From Ginglymostoma cirratum (Eukaryota): 64,000 nucleotides of DNA. The DNA lies in contig JAHRHZ010000139.1 of NCBI GenBank assembly GCA_024137785.1, positions 38,300,717 to 38,364,716 on the forward strand, given 5' to 3'. The notes under the pieces were generated by a model that worked only from the letters and a program-made list of their open reading frames with translations, did not search any database and was not told where the DNA came from. Position numbers and translations under genes: made by a program. Positions 14,001 to 26,745 of this stretch are shown in pieces (within the stretch, counting starts at the first letter, position 1; the number at the start of each line of letters is the position of its first letter).

Positions 14001-14414
14001 CAAGCTACAGTTTAAGTTAAATCCAATGTCCATGCTAATGGATGACTACTGTAAATGTTAAGATGTAGTGAAGCAGTGCTGCAAACTAGTAAAAATTTCC
14101 TTGCGCAATGGTCATTTTATTTCTGTATATCTATCTCCCATGCACTAACACAATTGCATTTAATTGTGGTTGGCTGCAGCAAAAAATACACACGATGAGA
14201 GAATTGTAGTTTATGTTTGCTGCCATCCAGTTGGAGTACTCGGTCCGAGTGTTCAAAGAACTAATTCAAGGGTAACCAGAACAATGATGCTAAGTGCATT
14301 CTTCTCACGCTGCCTGTGTGAATAAAACAGTCCTTATGAATGTGTATGTAGGCATGCCGATTTCTGTGTGTAGGTCCTGATAAACTATCAACTGAGATTC
14401 ATTATAAGCTCACT

Positions 14415-15540
14415 GATTCCCACATCCACCTTGTCTATGCCTCATTGCACCTGGCTTCGTGCAGAACTCCATTCAGTGTCTCTGCCTCTGGTGCATCTGG
14501 TCTGGAAGTGAATCCTTCCACCGTGATATCTCTGACATGTCTTCCCTTTTTCCTCCACTGAACACTCGCTTTTGCACGTGGTGGACAGCGCCCTCAAGCA
14601 TGTTCATCCTATTTCCCCCACATCTGCCTCACCCCCTTCATTTGCCTCGCAAAGGCGTAACAGGGATTCTCTTGTCCTTGTCTTCCACCCAACAGCCTCT
14701 GCAATCTCTGCTGTACCTGCCATCTCCAGCATCATCATCCCCTTTGTTATCAAGGAGACAGTACCCACTAGAGCACTCTGGTCTAATCCTGTTGGGGAGG
14801 CGATGACATTGTGGTATTATTACTGGATTAATCCGGAGACTCAGAAAATATTCTGGGGACCAGGGTTCAAATCCCAGAATGGCAGATGGTGTCATTTGAT
14901 TTCAAGAAAAATCTGAAATTAAGTGTCTAATAATAATCATGGTACCATTGCTGATTGTCATTAAAAAACCCATCTGGTTCACTAATGTCCATTAGGGAAG
15001 GAAACTGCCACCCTTACCTGGTCTGGCCTATATGTGACTCCAGACCCACAGCAATGTGGCTGACTCTTTAACTGCCCTCTGGGCAATTAAGGTTGGGTAA
15101 TAAATGCTGCCTAGCCCAGTGATGTCCTCATTCCATGAATAATTTTTTTAATAAAGTAATAATTACTCCAACCCTTTCCAAGCACCTTGCTAAGCAAAGG
15201 GAGGTAATGTAATACCTACCCTTTTACCATCTCTCTCCTCACTGTTCATGGCCTCAAACACTCCTTTCAGCTGAAACAGTGATTCATTTGTACATCTTTC
15301 CACTTGGTATGCTGTATTCACTGCTCACAATGCACTATCTTCTCACAAACCACAGACTAAATGATTGCATTGAGGAACACATGCGCTCAGTCTGCGAGCG
15401 TGACCCTAAGCTTCTTGAGGGTGTATCACTGTAATTCTCCACCTTGCACTGACACTGACACTGACATCTCTGTCTCTGGCCTATAGCAACATTCCAGTGC
15501 AGCTCAAGGCTGACTCCTGCTGAATCATTGTCTGAAGCTT
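14415..15540 (+). mobile_element. Decayed Penelope-like element (RT C-terminus to GIY-YIG), interrupted by a SINE
   Basis: Colinear with 43464-43984 and 26400-26740 (cttgtcctt..cttccaccc; caaacactcctttcag.tgaaacag; gtatgctgtattcactgctcacaatg). Confidence 0.7.
14793..15150 (+). mobile_element. tRNA-derived SINE whose tail matches the LINE family at 22795
   Basis: B-box gggttcaaatccc; body tggttcactaatgtcc.ttagggaagg...gtgactccagacccacagcaatgtgg; tail gggcaatta.gg.tggg.aataaatgctg...cattccatgaataa is the reverse complement of the LINE ends at 22795 and 30950. Related copies at about 51790-52030 and 62265-62510. Confidence 0.8.
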
Positions 15541-15733
15541 CGTACCAATCTGTACATGTACAACACAAAAGCAAAATGCTGCAGTTGCTGGAAAATTGAA
15601 ATGAAAATAGAAATGACTGGAAACTACTTAGCAGACCTGGCAGCCTCTCTGAGTTAACACTGCATCTGAACAGGAAGAAGTTAGAAATGCAGCCAGCGAA
15701 ATTGGTGAGGTGGAAAAGAAAGCCCAAGGGAAG

Positions 15734-15849
15734 AGATAAAACGTTGTGGAGCTGGATGAACACAGTAGGCCGAGCAGCATCAGAGGAGCAGGAAAGCTGA
15801 CGTTTCGGGTCGAGACCCTTCTTCAGAAAAATCTTCTGAAAAACCTTCT
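15734..15849 (-). mobile_element. 116-bp Penelope-derived mini-insertion with 12-bp TSD
   Basis: Flanked by perfect direct repeats gcccaagggaag (15722-15733 and 15850-15861); sequence matches the tails at 49290-49380 and 60840-60909. Confidence 0.85.
15795..15830 (-). ncRNA. Minimal type-I hammerhead ribozyme motif
   Basis: Minus strand reads CUGAAGA-A-GGGU-CUCG-ACCC-GAAACGUC: intact core, 4-bp stem II, palindromic ACGU minimal stem III, GUC site. Activity untested. Confidence 0.75.
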
Positions 15850-16529
15850 GCCCAAGGGAAGGTTTGGATTTGGGAAGATGATGAGGGATTAAGGACAGAA
15901 TTTTATTGATGGCACTCTGTTTCCAACAACAGCAGACTTCTGCACTCTTGTTTTCCTGTTTCCCAGATGATACAGTTAATATTTGAATGCAGCATGCACA
16001 GGAGACAAATGCAGTTCCAAAGCAGGAAGTTCCTCAGAGGTGAAACTGAGAATGCAGTGTGTGCGGGCAGATATAAAGCAGCCTTTGGTCCAAACAGGGA
16101 GGCTTATCATGGTCTGAACCTTCTGCCCAACTTCATTATCATTAACATAAGACAATGAGAGCACAAAGGTGGCGCAGTATGTAATAAGATTAAAACTTCA
16201 ATTGTAAATATTTCACATTGCATTGTTTACATTTTTATTCATTTGTGCATCATTGCTATTTGTTGAAACCAGCTTAGCTGGTGATTAAATGTAGTGGCAG
16301 AACACATTGTTGGCATGCATTAAACGTTACAGGGAAGTTAAGGACATTTCCTTTGTTGTGAAATAATGTTGTGTTTCTTCTTATTCATGTTCATGTTACT
16401 GGCCGATATAATATTCCCCACCGCGTGGGTCCTGTCTGAACAGTCAAGTTAGTGAGCCCTCCCTCTATGTATTGTAAAAAAAGTGATCTCAGTGGGGATA
16501 ACTGAAAAGTTGTAGAGAAACCCAAAACT

Positions 16530-17835
16530 CTTTAAGGTTCACTGCCCATTACACTGCCTATTTTGCTGTCATCTGCAAATTTGCTAACCATATCTCCTAT
16601 AATCACATCTAAATCATTTATATAAATGATGAAAAGTAGTGAACCCAGCTCTGATCTTTGTGGCACATTGCTGGTGACAAGCAAACTTCTACCCACACCC
16701 TCTGTCTCCTGCCTTCAAACTAATTTTGTGTCCAAATGGCTAGCGTCCCTGGATCCCATGTGATCTAACATTTCTAATCAGCTTATCCTGTGGAATCTTG
16801 TCAAATGCTATGCTGAAATGTTATGGACCAGACCAGACAAAACCCCTCAAAACATTTTAAGAAGTTAGCCAAGACCCCAACATTTTCTTATTTAAAAGCA
16901 GATGTGAAGTGCTGTGTTCCAGATGCAATGTAACTGGTCAAACTACTCGATGTTAAGGAAAACACAATTTATTCAAACTCTATAGTAAAAATACAAACAA
17001 AAGAAGAGGAATTTAGAATTACTTGACCATTGGAAAACTTAACCAAATAATAGATACAGTAACCTATCACTAATTAGCTGTTCCAATATAGTAACATGCC
17101 ATAAACATGCCCCTTGGCGAAAAGACAAGTTCAGATATTGATTCTCACATGCAGTTGTCCAATCCAGGATGAAAAGACATGAAGAGAAATTTGGAGAAAG
17201 TAGCAGCTGAGGGACATTCACTGAAGCTTCCAACTCTTTTCAGACCCCAGAGGCTTCTGCTTAAAACTAAACCTAAAACCTATAAAAAAAACCAGAGAGC
17301 CTGGTCTGTGAGAGCTGGCCACACCCAGGCTGCTCCCGTTGTTCCAGCTTCAAAAAGAAACTCCAAGGCCTCACAAATTGTATACTTTCTTAGAGACAGC
17401 TTGGGGCCTCTGCCTTACAACCTCTGTTTGAAAAAAAAGGAGAAAATAACCTTTTAAAGTGACAGCATCGTAACGGAAGTCCATATAGACAACGCCTACT
17501 TCTCTGCCTTCATCAATTTTCTTTGTCACTTCTTTGAAAAACTCAATCAAATTAATGAGACACGATTGCCCATGCACAAAGCCATGTTAGCTATCTGTCC
17601 CTGAGGGGTAACTTTTTCAAGCAGAGGGTGATGCGTGTATGGAACAAGCTGCCAGAGGAAGTGACGGAGGGGAGTACAATTACAACATTTAAAAGGTATC
17701 TGGATGGGTATATGAATAAGAAGGGTTGAGAGGGATATAGGCCAAAGGGTGGCAAATGGGACTAGATCAAATTGGGATATCTGGTCAGTGCGGACGAGTT
17801 GGACCGGAGGGTCCATTTCTGTGACTCTATGACTA
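16530..17835. mobile_element. CR1 LINE fragment with inversion, split by a solo LTR
   Basis: Minus-strand RT motif HGQSCLINLIEFFKEVTKKIDEGREVGVVYMDF (17475-17600), continuing leftward of 16819; plus-strand CR1 3' end at 17605-17835 ending tgactctatgact. Confidence 0.8.
16819..17475. mobile_element. Probable solo LTR (657 bp)
   Basis: Termini TGTTA...TAACG (one mismatch from TG...CA), flanked by gaaa/gaag 4-bp near-TSD; removing it restores the CR1 sequence ctgaagtccatatagac. Confidence 0.7.
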
Positions 17836-18429
17836 ACACATCTCTGGCTAACACCTTGTGATAGAACCACATTTATACTGATTTCTTCATTTTCCAAATG
17901 TGACTGATTGACTGACTGTTCCCCACCTCTCATCTCATCACACCCAAGACACCAGGTCTCTCGTACTTCAGTCTTCCATGTGAACATCCTTACCTTCTGT
18001 CCTCTGCTTTTCCACTTCTCTGTGCACCTGAACGCCAACATTACCAACCCCAGCCCCATCTCCCTTTCACCCCTAACTTGGCCTTTCCAGTCCCGAACTC
18101 TGTTCAAACTGCCGTCGTCCCACACACTACATTTAACAAAATTGCCAGCTTCAGACACTGGCACAAATCTGACAGGTGCATGTCACCCTTTAAGCAAATG
18201 TCAAGCAGGCACAATGCGATTAACTTGCATTGTTGACTTTATTCTGAAGGTGGAACTGAACCTAAAATGTTGTACAGGAATAAGTATTCTAAGCATGCAT
18301 ATTAATTACAAATCCAAACCCATATAGGATGGCGTTAGAGCCAACATATCATAAACAAGCTGCTGCCTAAATCTCTGTATCTAACTGGCCATTGGGAAAT
18401 TGAAATTTTGCATATTGTCAAAGTCACTA

Positions 18430-18565
18430 ACTTGTTCTGAGGAAGAGTCATACCTGAAATGCTAACTCTGTTTCCCTTCCTGCAGATGCTGCCAGACTTG
18501 TTGAGTTCCTCTCGCACTTCCTGCTTTATTGCGGATTTCCAGCGTCTGCAGTATTTTACTTCAAT
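18430..18565 (+). mobile_element. Penelope-like terminal fragment with decayed hammerhead
   Basis: gttctgaggaagagtcatacctgaaatgctaactctg...agatgctgccagact.g.tgagtt is similar to 44231-44350. Confidence 0.7.
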
Positions 18566-20149
18566 TGCTCACATGCTAACTTTCCCGGCCTTGTGATCTC
18601 TATAACACTCTCTCAAATGACAGGAGATTTGGTGTTACATGGCCAAATGGAAATGCAACAGGACAGGTACAAAAAGGAGGAGGTCTAGAGGAGGTGTGAA
18701 TGGCAGACTGAGAGACATATGATATCCAGAAGCAAAAAAAGAGAAAAAGTAAGACAGTAGAAGGAAAGTGCCTAATTGAATGATGAATTGTTGTTCCTCA
18801 AGCTTGCATTAAGGCTTAGTAAGAAACTGCAGGAGGCTAAGGCAGAGAGGTCAACATGAAAGCGAGGTGCAGAAATAAAGTGATAAATGACAAGAAGCTT
18901 GGGGCCATGCTTGCAGATTGAATAAAGAAGCACAGGTTGGTCTGTAGCCAAGCTAAAGATATGTAGCCAGCCAATGTGGGCATCACTTCTGTTGAATACC
19001 AATGGAAATTAGGATCAATGCCAGGATCCAATATTGCAAATAAATAATCATCTCAACTTTCTGCTCATCCAGCCGAAATGGGCACACCAAGAATCCTCTT
19101 TAAACATGGCTCAACTGAATTTTCCTTTTTGCGATTTGTGATCTGTGTACATGTATGTTGCTTCATTAAGTTTCCTTGTGCTGAGAAAAATGTGCATCTT
19201 GCCTTTATTGTTTTGTTCGCTGCAAAGGCTTTTGTTTTTCACTTTTTTTTTATCAGCAGCATTTCGAATATGGATTCTGGAGCTGTTCAAATCTCCGATT
19301 TCAGGGAAATCAGGGAAAAGCAGGATTAGCAGTGTGACAGCAGCGTAACTGGATTACAGTGCCAAAAAATCAGGCAGTGTTTATAGAGTTTCCAACTGTC
19401 TCCTCTTGTTCTGTGATAGCATTTCCCACATAATACAGATCAGGCTTCTAAATGAATCATCTTTCTTGATGGAACAGCTGCAACAGTATTGCCAGATCTA
19501 CTGAATTCTGAAGTGTGTACTTTTCCATTCCCATGCATTGTTCTTGAGTGTGGAGAAAAAGTAACAGAATTTGTGCGTTAAAGGCAAGAAATAATGTGTA
19601 GAGAATGTAACGCCCAGTGTTTCTGACCTTGCAGTTTTGTGGGGGGATTTAGGCTGTAGGATGGGGGCAGTAAGCGTGCAAATGCTTTGAAAATGATGGA
19701 GGTCCCTGTTTCCACCCTCGTGCAATATTTTTCATTGGTTTGTTCATGATTGCCACTTCCTCTCTTCCCACAAGCGTGAGTAACGATGTCCTTCTTTAAC
19801 TCTGTTGACTAGATCTTAATATACGCACTACACCTGATTTAAAGACACAAGGCACACAGTGTTACAGTGGGGTGACCCATGACCATTCAGCTCAGATGCT
19901 ATTGTTGTAAATTTGTGACGTGCATTTTTAATCCCAACGACCAATAAACCTATTGAATGTATAAATTAGGTGTGTAATGCCTGGTAAAAGAATGCTTTGA
20001 CGCATTGGTCAAAAGTCAATATGCATCAATGACTGTATCATCTCATGAAAGTAGACACGATCAGAAATGCTCAGTGACTCAGACAACATCTGTGGAGATG
20101 TTAATGTAACAAAGACAAAGTTAATATTTCAAGCCATTGGTCACTGGTC

Positions 20150-20915
20150 CAACCTTCATTTCTAAACTGCTGAAGTCATCCCTCTCTCTGGCAACTTTGA
20201 GTTTAAGCCAGCCTGTTTGTAAACTTCGTGCCACATTTGATCCAAGGATGAGCTGCCAACCTCATACATGGCATCACTAAAGTAACCCATAGCCCCCTCT
20301 ATAACATCACTCGACTTCATCCTACCTCAGCTCATCTGCTGCTGCTGCTGAAGTCCTCATCCTTTATTCTCTAGTCTAGACTATTCCATTGTGCTCCTGG
20401 CTGGTTTCTGCAGTCCATGCTTCATAGACCCGAAGTCTTCCAAGACTCTTCTGAGTGTCCTGACACACAACCTCCCTTTCCCCTCTTACCTATCCTCATT
20501 GACCTGCATCAGTTGATGGTCAAGCTACTTCTTTGTTTCAAAATTGACACCTCTGTTTTCAGATCCCTGTATGGCCTCATCCCTCCTCAGCTCTCTGATC
20601 AAAAAAAGTCCAAAGTCATGTCTCCTTGAGATATCTGCAGTCCTTAGCTTCTGCCTCCCCAGGTTTTATTGCACTGCCTTGATGGCTATGCTTTCAGTTG
20701 CCAAGGCTCTAAATTCTGGAATTCGCTCCCTTCACCTCTCCGCATCTCCACCTTACTTTGCTACACGAACACAATTCTTAATCATCAGACTAAGCCTCCA
20801 GACATCTGATTTAACATCTCCCGTTGGCCTGGTGACGTATTTTGTTTTGTAATGCGACAATAAAGCACTTCGTGATGCTTTATTACATTTCAAGGTGTGG
20901 TATAAACATACATTA
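20150..20915 (+). mobile_element. L2 LINE 3' fragment
   Basis: Decayed L2 C-terminal motifs (NITRL..YLSSSAA.VLI, SLDYS.VLLAG, L.DLH.L.V...FKI, KFWNSLP) and tail aaagcactt.g.gatg...aaggtg..tataaa. Confidence 0.75.
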
Positions 20916-21749
20916 ATTTTGTTTTATTGATGTTGGATATCCAGCCTCTGAAATATTTTACTTTGATTTACGTTTTTGAAATTTATTTTCCAGAAAATAA
21001 ACATTTCTGTGAAACCAGCAAGATCAGGCCTGTGGTTATCTAGGCAAAGCAGGGCTATTGTTCTTTTAATTTCCAGCCATTGCCACTGCCAGTTCCTCTG
21101 ACCACCCACACACCGTGGACTGTACAGAAGGGAATTATTTCACCGAGATTTAAATAGATCCTCCAATGCTCTTGGACCAAACACTGCAGAATGTCCTGTT
21201 GCATTTTGCTTGCATTCTACCACGGTTTCTTGCTATTTGCATCATTTGAAACAGGGAAACTGTCATTTCCAGTTACCCTCGTTGCTGAGGCGCCATCTTG
21301 AACCACTGCAGTCCATGTGCTGTAGGTTGACCCATAATGCTCTTCAGCAGGCAATTCCAGGATTTTGACCTAAAGAATGGCAATATGTTTCCCAGTCATT
21401 TCAAGTTGAAAATGGATACAAATTGTTTGTATTGGGTGAAGAACAGTTTAACCTTTTTAAGGGGTTTCTGGCCAAAGTCACGAGGTCCATCTGAAAAGGG
21501 GAGGTCAGAATCCTCAATCCTGCACCCACCAGCGACTGTTCTCCATCCACTGATTGGCTGGTTCACACTTGCTGTGAAAACCACAACCCCCACCCAATCC
21601 CATCAAGGAATTTAAATTCACTCAGACTTGGTGAACTAACATTATTTCATTCAGTTAAGGATATGGATGACCAAGTGGAAATGTTAACCAGGCCACTATT
21701 TGATTATTCAGAAGTGTCACATTTCACAACCTGACTGCAAGCCACTAGT

Positions 21750-22130
21750 TATGAACATATGAACATACAAAGGAGTAGGAATAGGCCACTCAGTCCCTCA
21801 AGTCTGCTCTGACATTTGATATAATCCTAGCTGATCTGATGAGTCCACATTCACGCCTACCGCCATAACCTTACATTGCATTCATTACTTACCAAAAATC
21901 TATCCGCGTCTGCCTGAAAAAGATTCAACATTCTGTTTCCGTTGCCTTTCAAGGAAGAGAGAGCTAAAGACTAATGACCTTCTGTGAGGGGTGAAAAAAG
22001 ACTTCCTATCTGTTTTAAATGGCTGACCTCATATTTTTAAGCTGAGACCTCTTTACTTCTAGATTCTCCTGTCAGAGGAGATATCCGCTCCGTATCTACT
22101 TTGTCAAGACACCTCAGGATCTTATACCTG
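21750..22130 (-). mobile_element. CR1 LINE 3' fragment
   Basis: Tail repeat atgaacatatgaacata followed by ggagtaggaataggccac; colinear with 10590-11000. Confidence 0.75.
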
Positions 22131-22794
22131 GGGCCCCCCTCATTATTTGGGTCCCTGGATTACTAATCCAGTGACAATATCACCCAATAATGAAAATGGA
22201 AAAGGGACAGAAAAGGAACCGTGTTCATGTAGGCTGATTAAAGTGTCAGACAACTCTACACCTCAAGTGTATCTAGGTGGAAAGCAGATCAAAGAGGATT
22301 TTTCTGCATGCAATTAAATTACAAATGTAATGTTCATTGCTTTTCCAGTTCCGCAAATTGAATCTGACATGCATTACAAAGCAATTATATTGTGATATCA
22401 ATAGCTCAAGAAACATCATTCCCTTTGCATTATAATAGGATGTGTCTACTGTTTCAGCAACAATTTATCGGTTTGGAACTGCCTTTGTATTTGAGCCCCT
22501 ATTTGCAATTCAATCTCTCTACTTCTTTTGACAAAATGAATATGTTATTTTGTTGTTGCATAATGTTGCCTGCTTCTTTCCACAGTAATCTCAAACATAC
22601 ATTAGACCTCTACATCTCAAACTGGCATTTGTGTGGTTACATTGATTTTGGTTTATAATGGAAGCAATATTTGCATGAAAGAGCATGTGAAAGTACTTTG
22701 CCATTATTTTCTGTTACACCTAATAGGTTTCCTGTTGCCTGTGTCCTCAATACAAATGTTTTAAGTTCTTAAAAACTTCAAACATCTTCATTTT

Positions 22795-23900
22795 TTTCAG
22801 TCATTCATGGGATGTGGGCATCACTGTCTTTTGCAGTTATCCAGTTGGTAAGGCACCATCTTTACTTACTGCAGCCCATGTGCTGTAGATTGATCCATAA
22901 TGCTCTTAAGGCAGGGAATTCCATGATTTTTGACCTAAAGAGTGACGATATATTTCTCTGTCAGGATGGTGAGTGGCTTGGAGGGGAACTTGCAGTTTGT
23001 GGTGCTACCCTTATCCTTCTAGGTGGATATGGTTGTAATTTTGGAAAGTGATGTCTAAGGAGCCTTGGTGAATTTCTGCAGTGTATCTTGTAGATAGACA
23101 CTCAGTAGCGGCAGTGTGTACTGTGGTGGAGGGACGCATGTTTGTCAATATGGTGTTAATCAAATGGGCTGTTTAGTTCTGGATTGTGTCGAGCTGCATC
23201 CATCCAGGTGAGTAGGGAGTATTCCATCTGTATTCCTGACTTGTGCCTTGTAGAAGGTAGGCTGGCTTTGGGGAGAAAGGAGGTGAGTTATTCACTGCAG
23301 AATTCCTAGTCTCTGATCTGCTGTTGTAGCCACAGGATTAATATGGTGAGTCCAGATGAGTTTCTGGTCAATGGTAAGACTCAGGGAGATTCAGTGACGG
23401 TAATGCTGTTGAATGTCAAGAGGCGATGATTAAATGGTTTCCTGATGGAAACGGTTATTGCTTGGTGCTTATGTGAATGTTACTTGCCATTTGTCAGCCC
23501 AAGCCTGGATAAATGTCCAGAACTTGTTGCATTTGGATATGGACTGCTTCGGTATCTGAGGAGTTGTGAATGATACTGAAATTTGTGCCATCATTGGTGA
23601 ACATCCCCACTTCTGAACTTATGGTGGAGAGATAGTCATTGATGAAGCAGCTGAAGATGGTTGGGTCTAGGACACTACCCTGAGGAACTCCTGCGGAGAT
23701 GTCCTGGAGTTGAGATGATTGACCTCCAACAACCACGATCATCTTCCTATGTGCCAGCTATGACTCCAACCAGCATTGGTCTTTCCCCCTGACTTCCATT
23801 AACACTAAATTTTGCCTGGGCTCCTCGATCCCACAGTCAGTCAAATGTGGAAATGACATCAGCCTTGATGTCAAGGGCAGTCACGATCACCTCCCCTCAA
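22795..23900 (-). mobile_element. Non-LTR retrotransposon (CR1/L2 group) RT-to-3'-end fragment
   Basis: Minus ORF VVVGGQSSQLQDISAGVPQGSVLDPTIFSCFIND...SEVGMFTND matches the RT motifs GVPQGSVLGP and FADD (mutated). Confidence 0.85.
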
Positions 23901-25685
23901 ATGCAATACGAGAGCCATTATTTAGTGTTTGTGCCAAACCAAGTTAGCAACAGGTTTGCATCGTCTATTTTTGCTGTTGTAAATGTTAACCTGTTTATAT
24001 TTCATCCAGAGAAGAGCATTTAGCATCTCATTGTTCAGGCATCAATGTTAGTACAATTGAGCCATTTCCCTGTCACTGCATATCAGAATTTCACAGATCA
24101 ATATGTCTTATACTCATAAATAAATATATATGTATATATATATGTGAGTTTCATGCCATGGTGTTCTCTATTTGTGTCAGTGTTTGGGAATTGGTGAGAA
24201 TTCGTTGTTGCACTTTAAAAACATACACACGAGTGCCACTGTATGCCACATCTCTTGTAATACGTTGTATAATATTTCTCTCATCATTTGCACTATGGTG
24301 AATAAAAGCTAATTCAAGTTCATATTTTTAGCTGATAGTCAGGAGATGTGCAATTATTGTCGCTGCAGAACATTTTTCATGACCACACAGCTACCTTACT
24401 GTCAAAGTGGGGTAGGCTGGTGTTCAGACTGTGTTCGAGAGGTATTACAGTGAGGTGTGCTGGCTCTGTATGTTTTCAAACCAAGTCATTCCACTATCAT
24501 AATCTACTTTGTAAAACTGTAATACTGTTGAAAACAGCTCCAGACTCTCATGCTAAGGAAGCTGCATAGCTCATTCTAAATTATCTGATCAAAAGGAAAT
24601 ACCTTGAGCTTACTTATCACACTGTGCAACTGGCTTTTCAAGGTTTTTTTTTGTTTCCGCTGCTCTTGTTGGAAATATGTTCTATTTATTCTTCTGGAAA
24701 TAGATTCCTTTGAGCTTCAGTCCTGATTTAACATTAACTATTCTGAATCACTGAAGTTTAGAATATAAGAAATAAGATCAAGAAGACAAGATGGCCCTTT
24801 GAGCCTGTCCTGCCATTTAACAAGACTGATCTTCTACATTAACTCTAGTTTCCCAAATTGTTTCCTCTCCCTCAGTTCCCTCTGAGAAGTATCATTTTCA
24901 TTCAAGTTGAAAGATCTCCAATTTTCTAGTCTACCCTCAGTCCTCAAATGGCAGAGATCTCTTTCATGGCTCTTGTCTGCCCAAATGTTCAACTTTATTG
25001 TTTATTCTGTGTTTTTATGACCAAAATAGGAAACAGTGTCTTAGATACAGCTCCCAGTTTTCATTCCAGAGTTTGGGTATGCAGAGGTGGGAGAAATCCC
25101 GGCTCCAAGAACTCCACTATTACGAATGGCCATCTGCATGTCTGAAGTTCAGGGCAGGATGGATTGGGAATTGGGCTGGGAGAGCCAAAGGAGCTGCTGC
25201 TTCCCAAAGTGGGCCCGGCAGAATAAAGCATAAAGCTTCCCTCCTGCTCATGTCCCCTCATCCCCAAATACTTCCCATCTCCCATCCATGCCAATTTCCC
25301 AATGTCTCTCAATATCCTTATACTATTCCCCCACAACCCTTTAAACCCCCAGGCCACTTGGTGCCTATGTACCCATTCGCCACGACCGTTTATAGCCCCT
25401 GTGCCATCCTGTTGTCTGTCCAGCCATCCCCACAATGTCCCTCATTCTCCCTGTGCTGCTTGTATCTCTAAACATCCTCTTGACTCAATTTAGCCTGATG
25501 CCAACTCATGCCCCTACTCACCACCCTTTGCCCTTCATTCACTTTCCCAACTCACCTCGTGTACACTATGAGCAAACCTCAGGAAGTATGCTGATCGTGT
25601 CCATTGATGATGTTACTATTGTCGTGGAAGGGAGGGAGAAAGCTCTCTTTGATTACAAGAGTCCATGCATTGAAAGTCCTTCAAC

Positions 25686-26745
25686 AAATAAAAACCAAAA
25701 GAACTGTGGATGCTGTAAATCAGAAAAACAGAAGTTACTGGAAAAACTCAGCAAGTCTGGCAGTATCTGGGAAGAGAAGTCAGAGTTAACTTTTTGGGTC
25801 CGATGACCCTTCCTCAGAACTGATGGTAGCTAGGGAATTGTCGGTTTATATGCAGAAGATAAGGTGAGGGGAGGGGGTAAGGAGTAATTGATAGGTGGCG
25901 ATAGAGCCCAAAGAGAGAGAAGAACAATTGGACAGACAAAAGAGTGGATAATGATCTGGCTAGGAGGGTGAATAGCTGATAATGGGGACTGTTAGTGAGT
26001 AATAGTAGGTAGTGTGTAGTGGCAGGCTACGTGATAACAAGGCCTAGTGTATAGGGTGGGCGCCTGGGACGTGGGAGAGTTCAGGCCCTAAAATTATTGA
26101 ACTCTAAATTGAGTCCAGAGTGCTGCAGGGTCCCCAAGCAGAAAATGAGATGCTGTTCTTCCACCTTGGGTTGAACTTTGCTGGAACACTACAGCAAGCC
26201 TAAGACAAAGATGTTGGCCAGGGAACACGTTGGTGTGTTAAAGTGGCAGGCAACAAGTAGCTCAGGGTCTTCTTTTTTTTGCAGGCAGAGAGTAGGCATT
26301 CTGTGAAGTGGTCCCCCAGACTCCCCAATGTTGAGGAGACCTCATTGTGAACAGCAAATCCAGTAGACTAGATTGTGTGAAGTGCAGGTGATGTTGCTTC
26401 ACCTGGAAGGTGTTTTTGGGCCCTTAGATTCCGGGGAGGGAGGAGGTAAATGGGCAGGTGTTACAACTTCAGTGGTTGCAGGGTAAGGTGCCGTGGAACT
26501 GTGGGAGTGGTGTTGGGAATGAAGGAAGAGTGAAGGGACAGCCTCTTTGAAAGGCAGACAAGGAAGGGGAGGGGAATATGTGTCTGGTGGCAGAGTCTTG
26601 CTGGAGGTGATGAAAATGGCGGCTGATGATCTTCTGCATGTGGATGCTAATGGGATGGTAGGTAAGGACAAGGTGAGCTCTATCACTGTTACAGGAGAGA
26701 AGTGAAGGTGGAAATCCAGGAGATGGGTCAGACCCGGATGAGAGA
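25686..26745 (-). mobile_element. Penelope-like element, GIY-YIG region plus terminal repeat, moderately decayed
   Basis: Reverse complement is colinear with 43464-44368; extra coding piece RAHLVLTYHPISIHMQKIISRHFHHLQQDSATRHIFPSP; mutated hammerhead at about 25785-25822. Confidence 0.9.
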
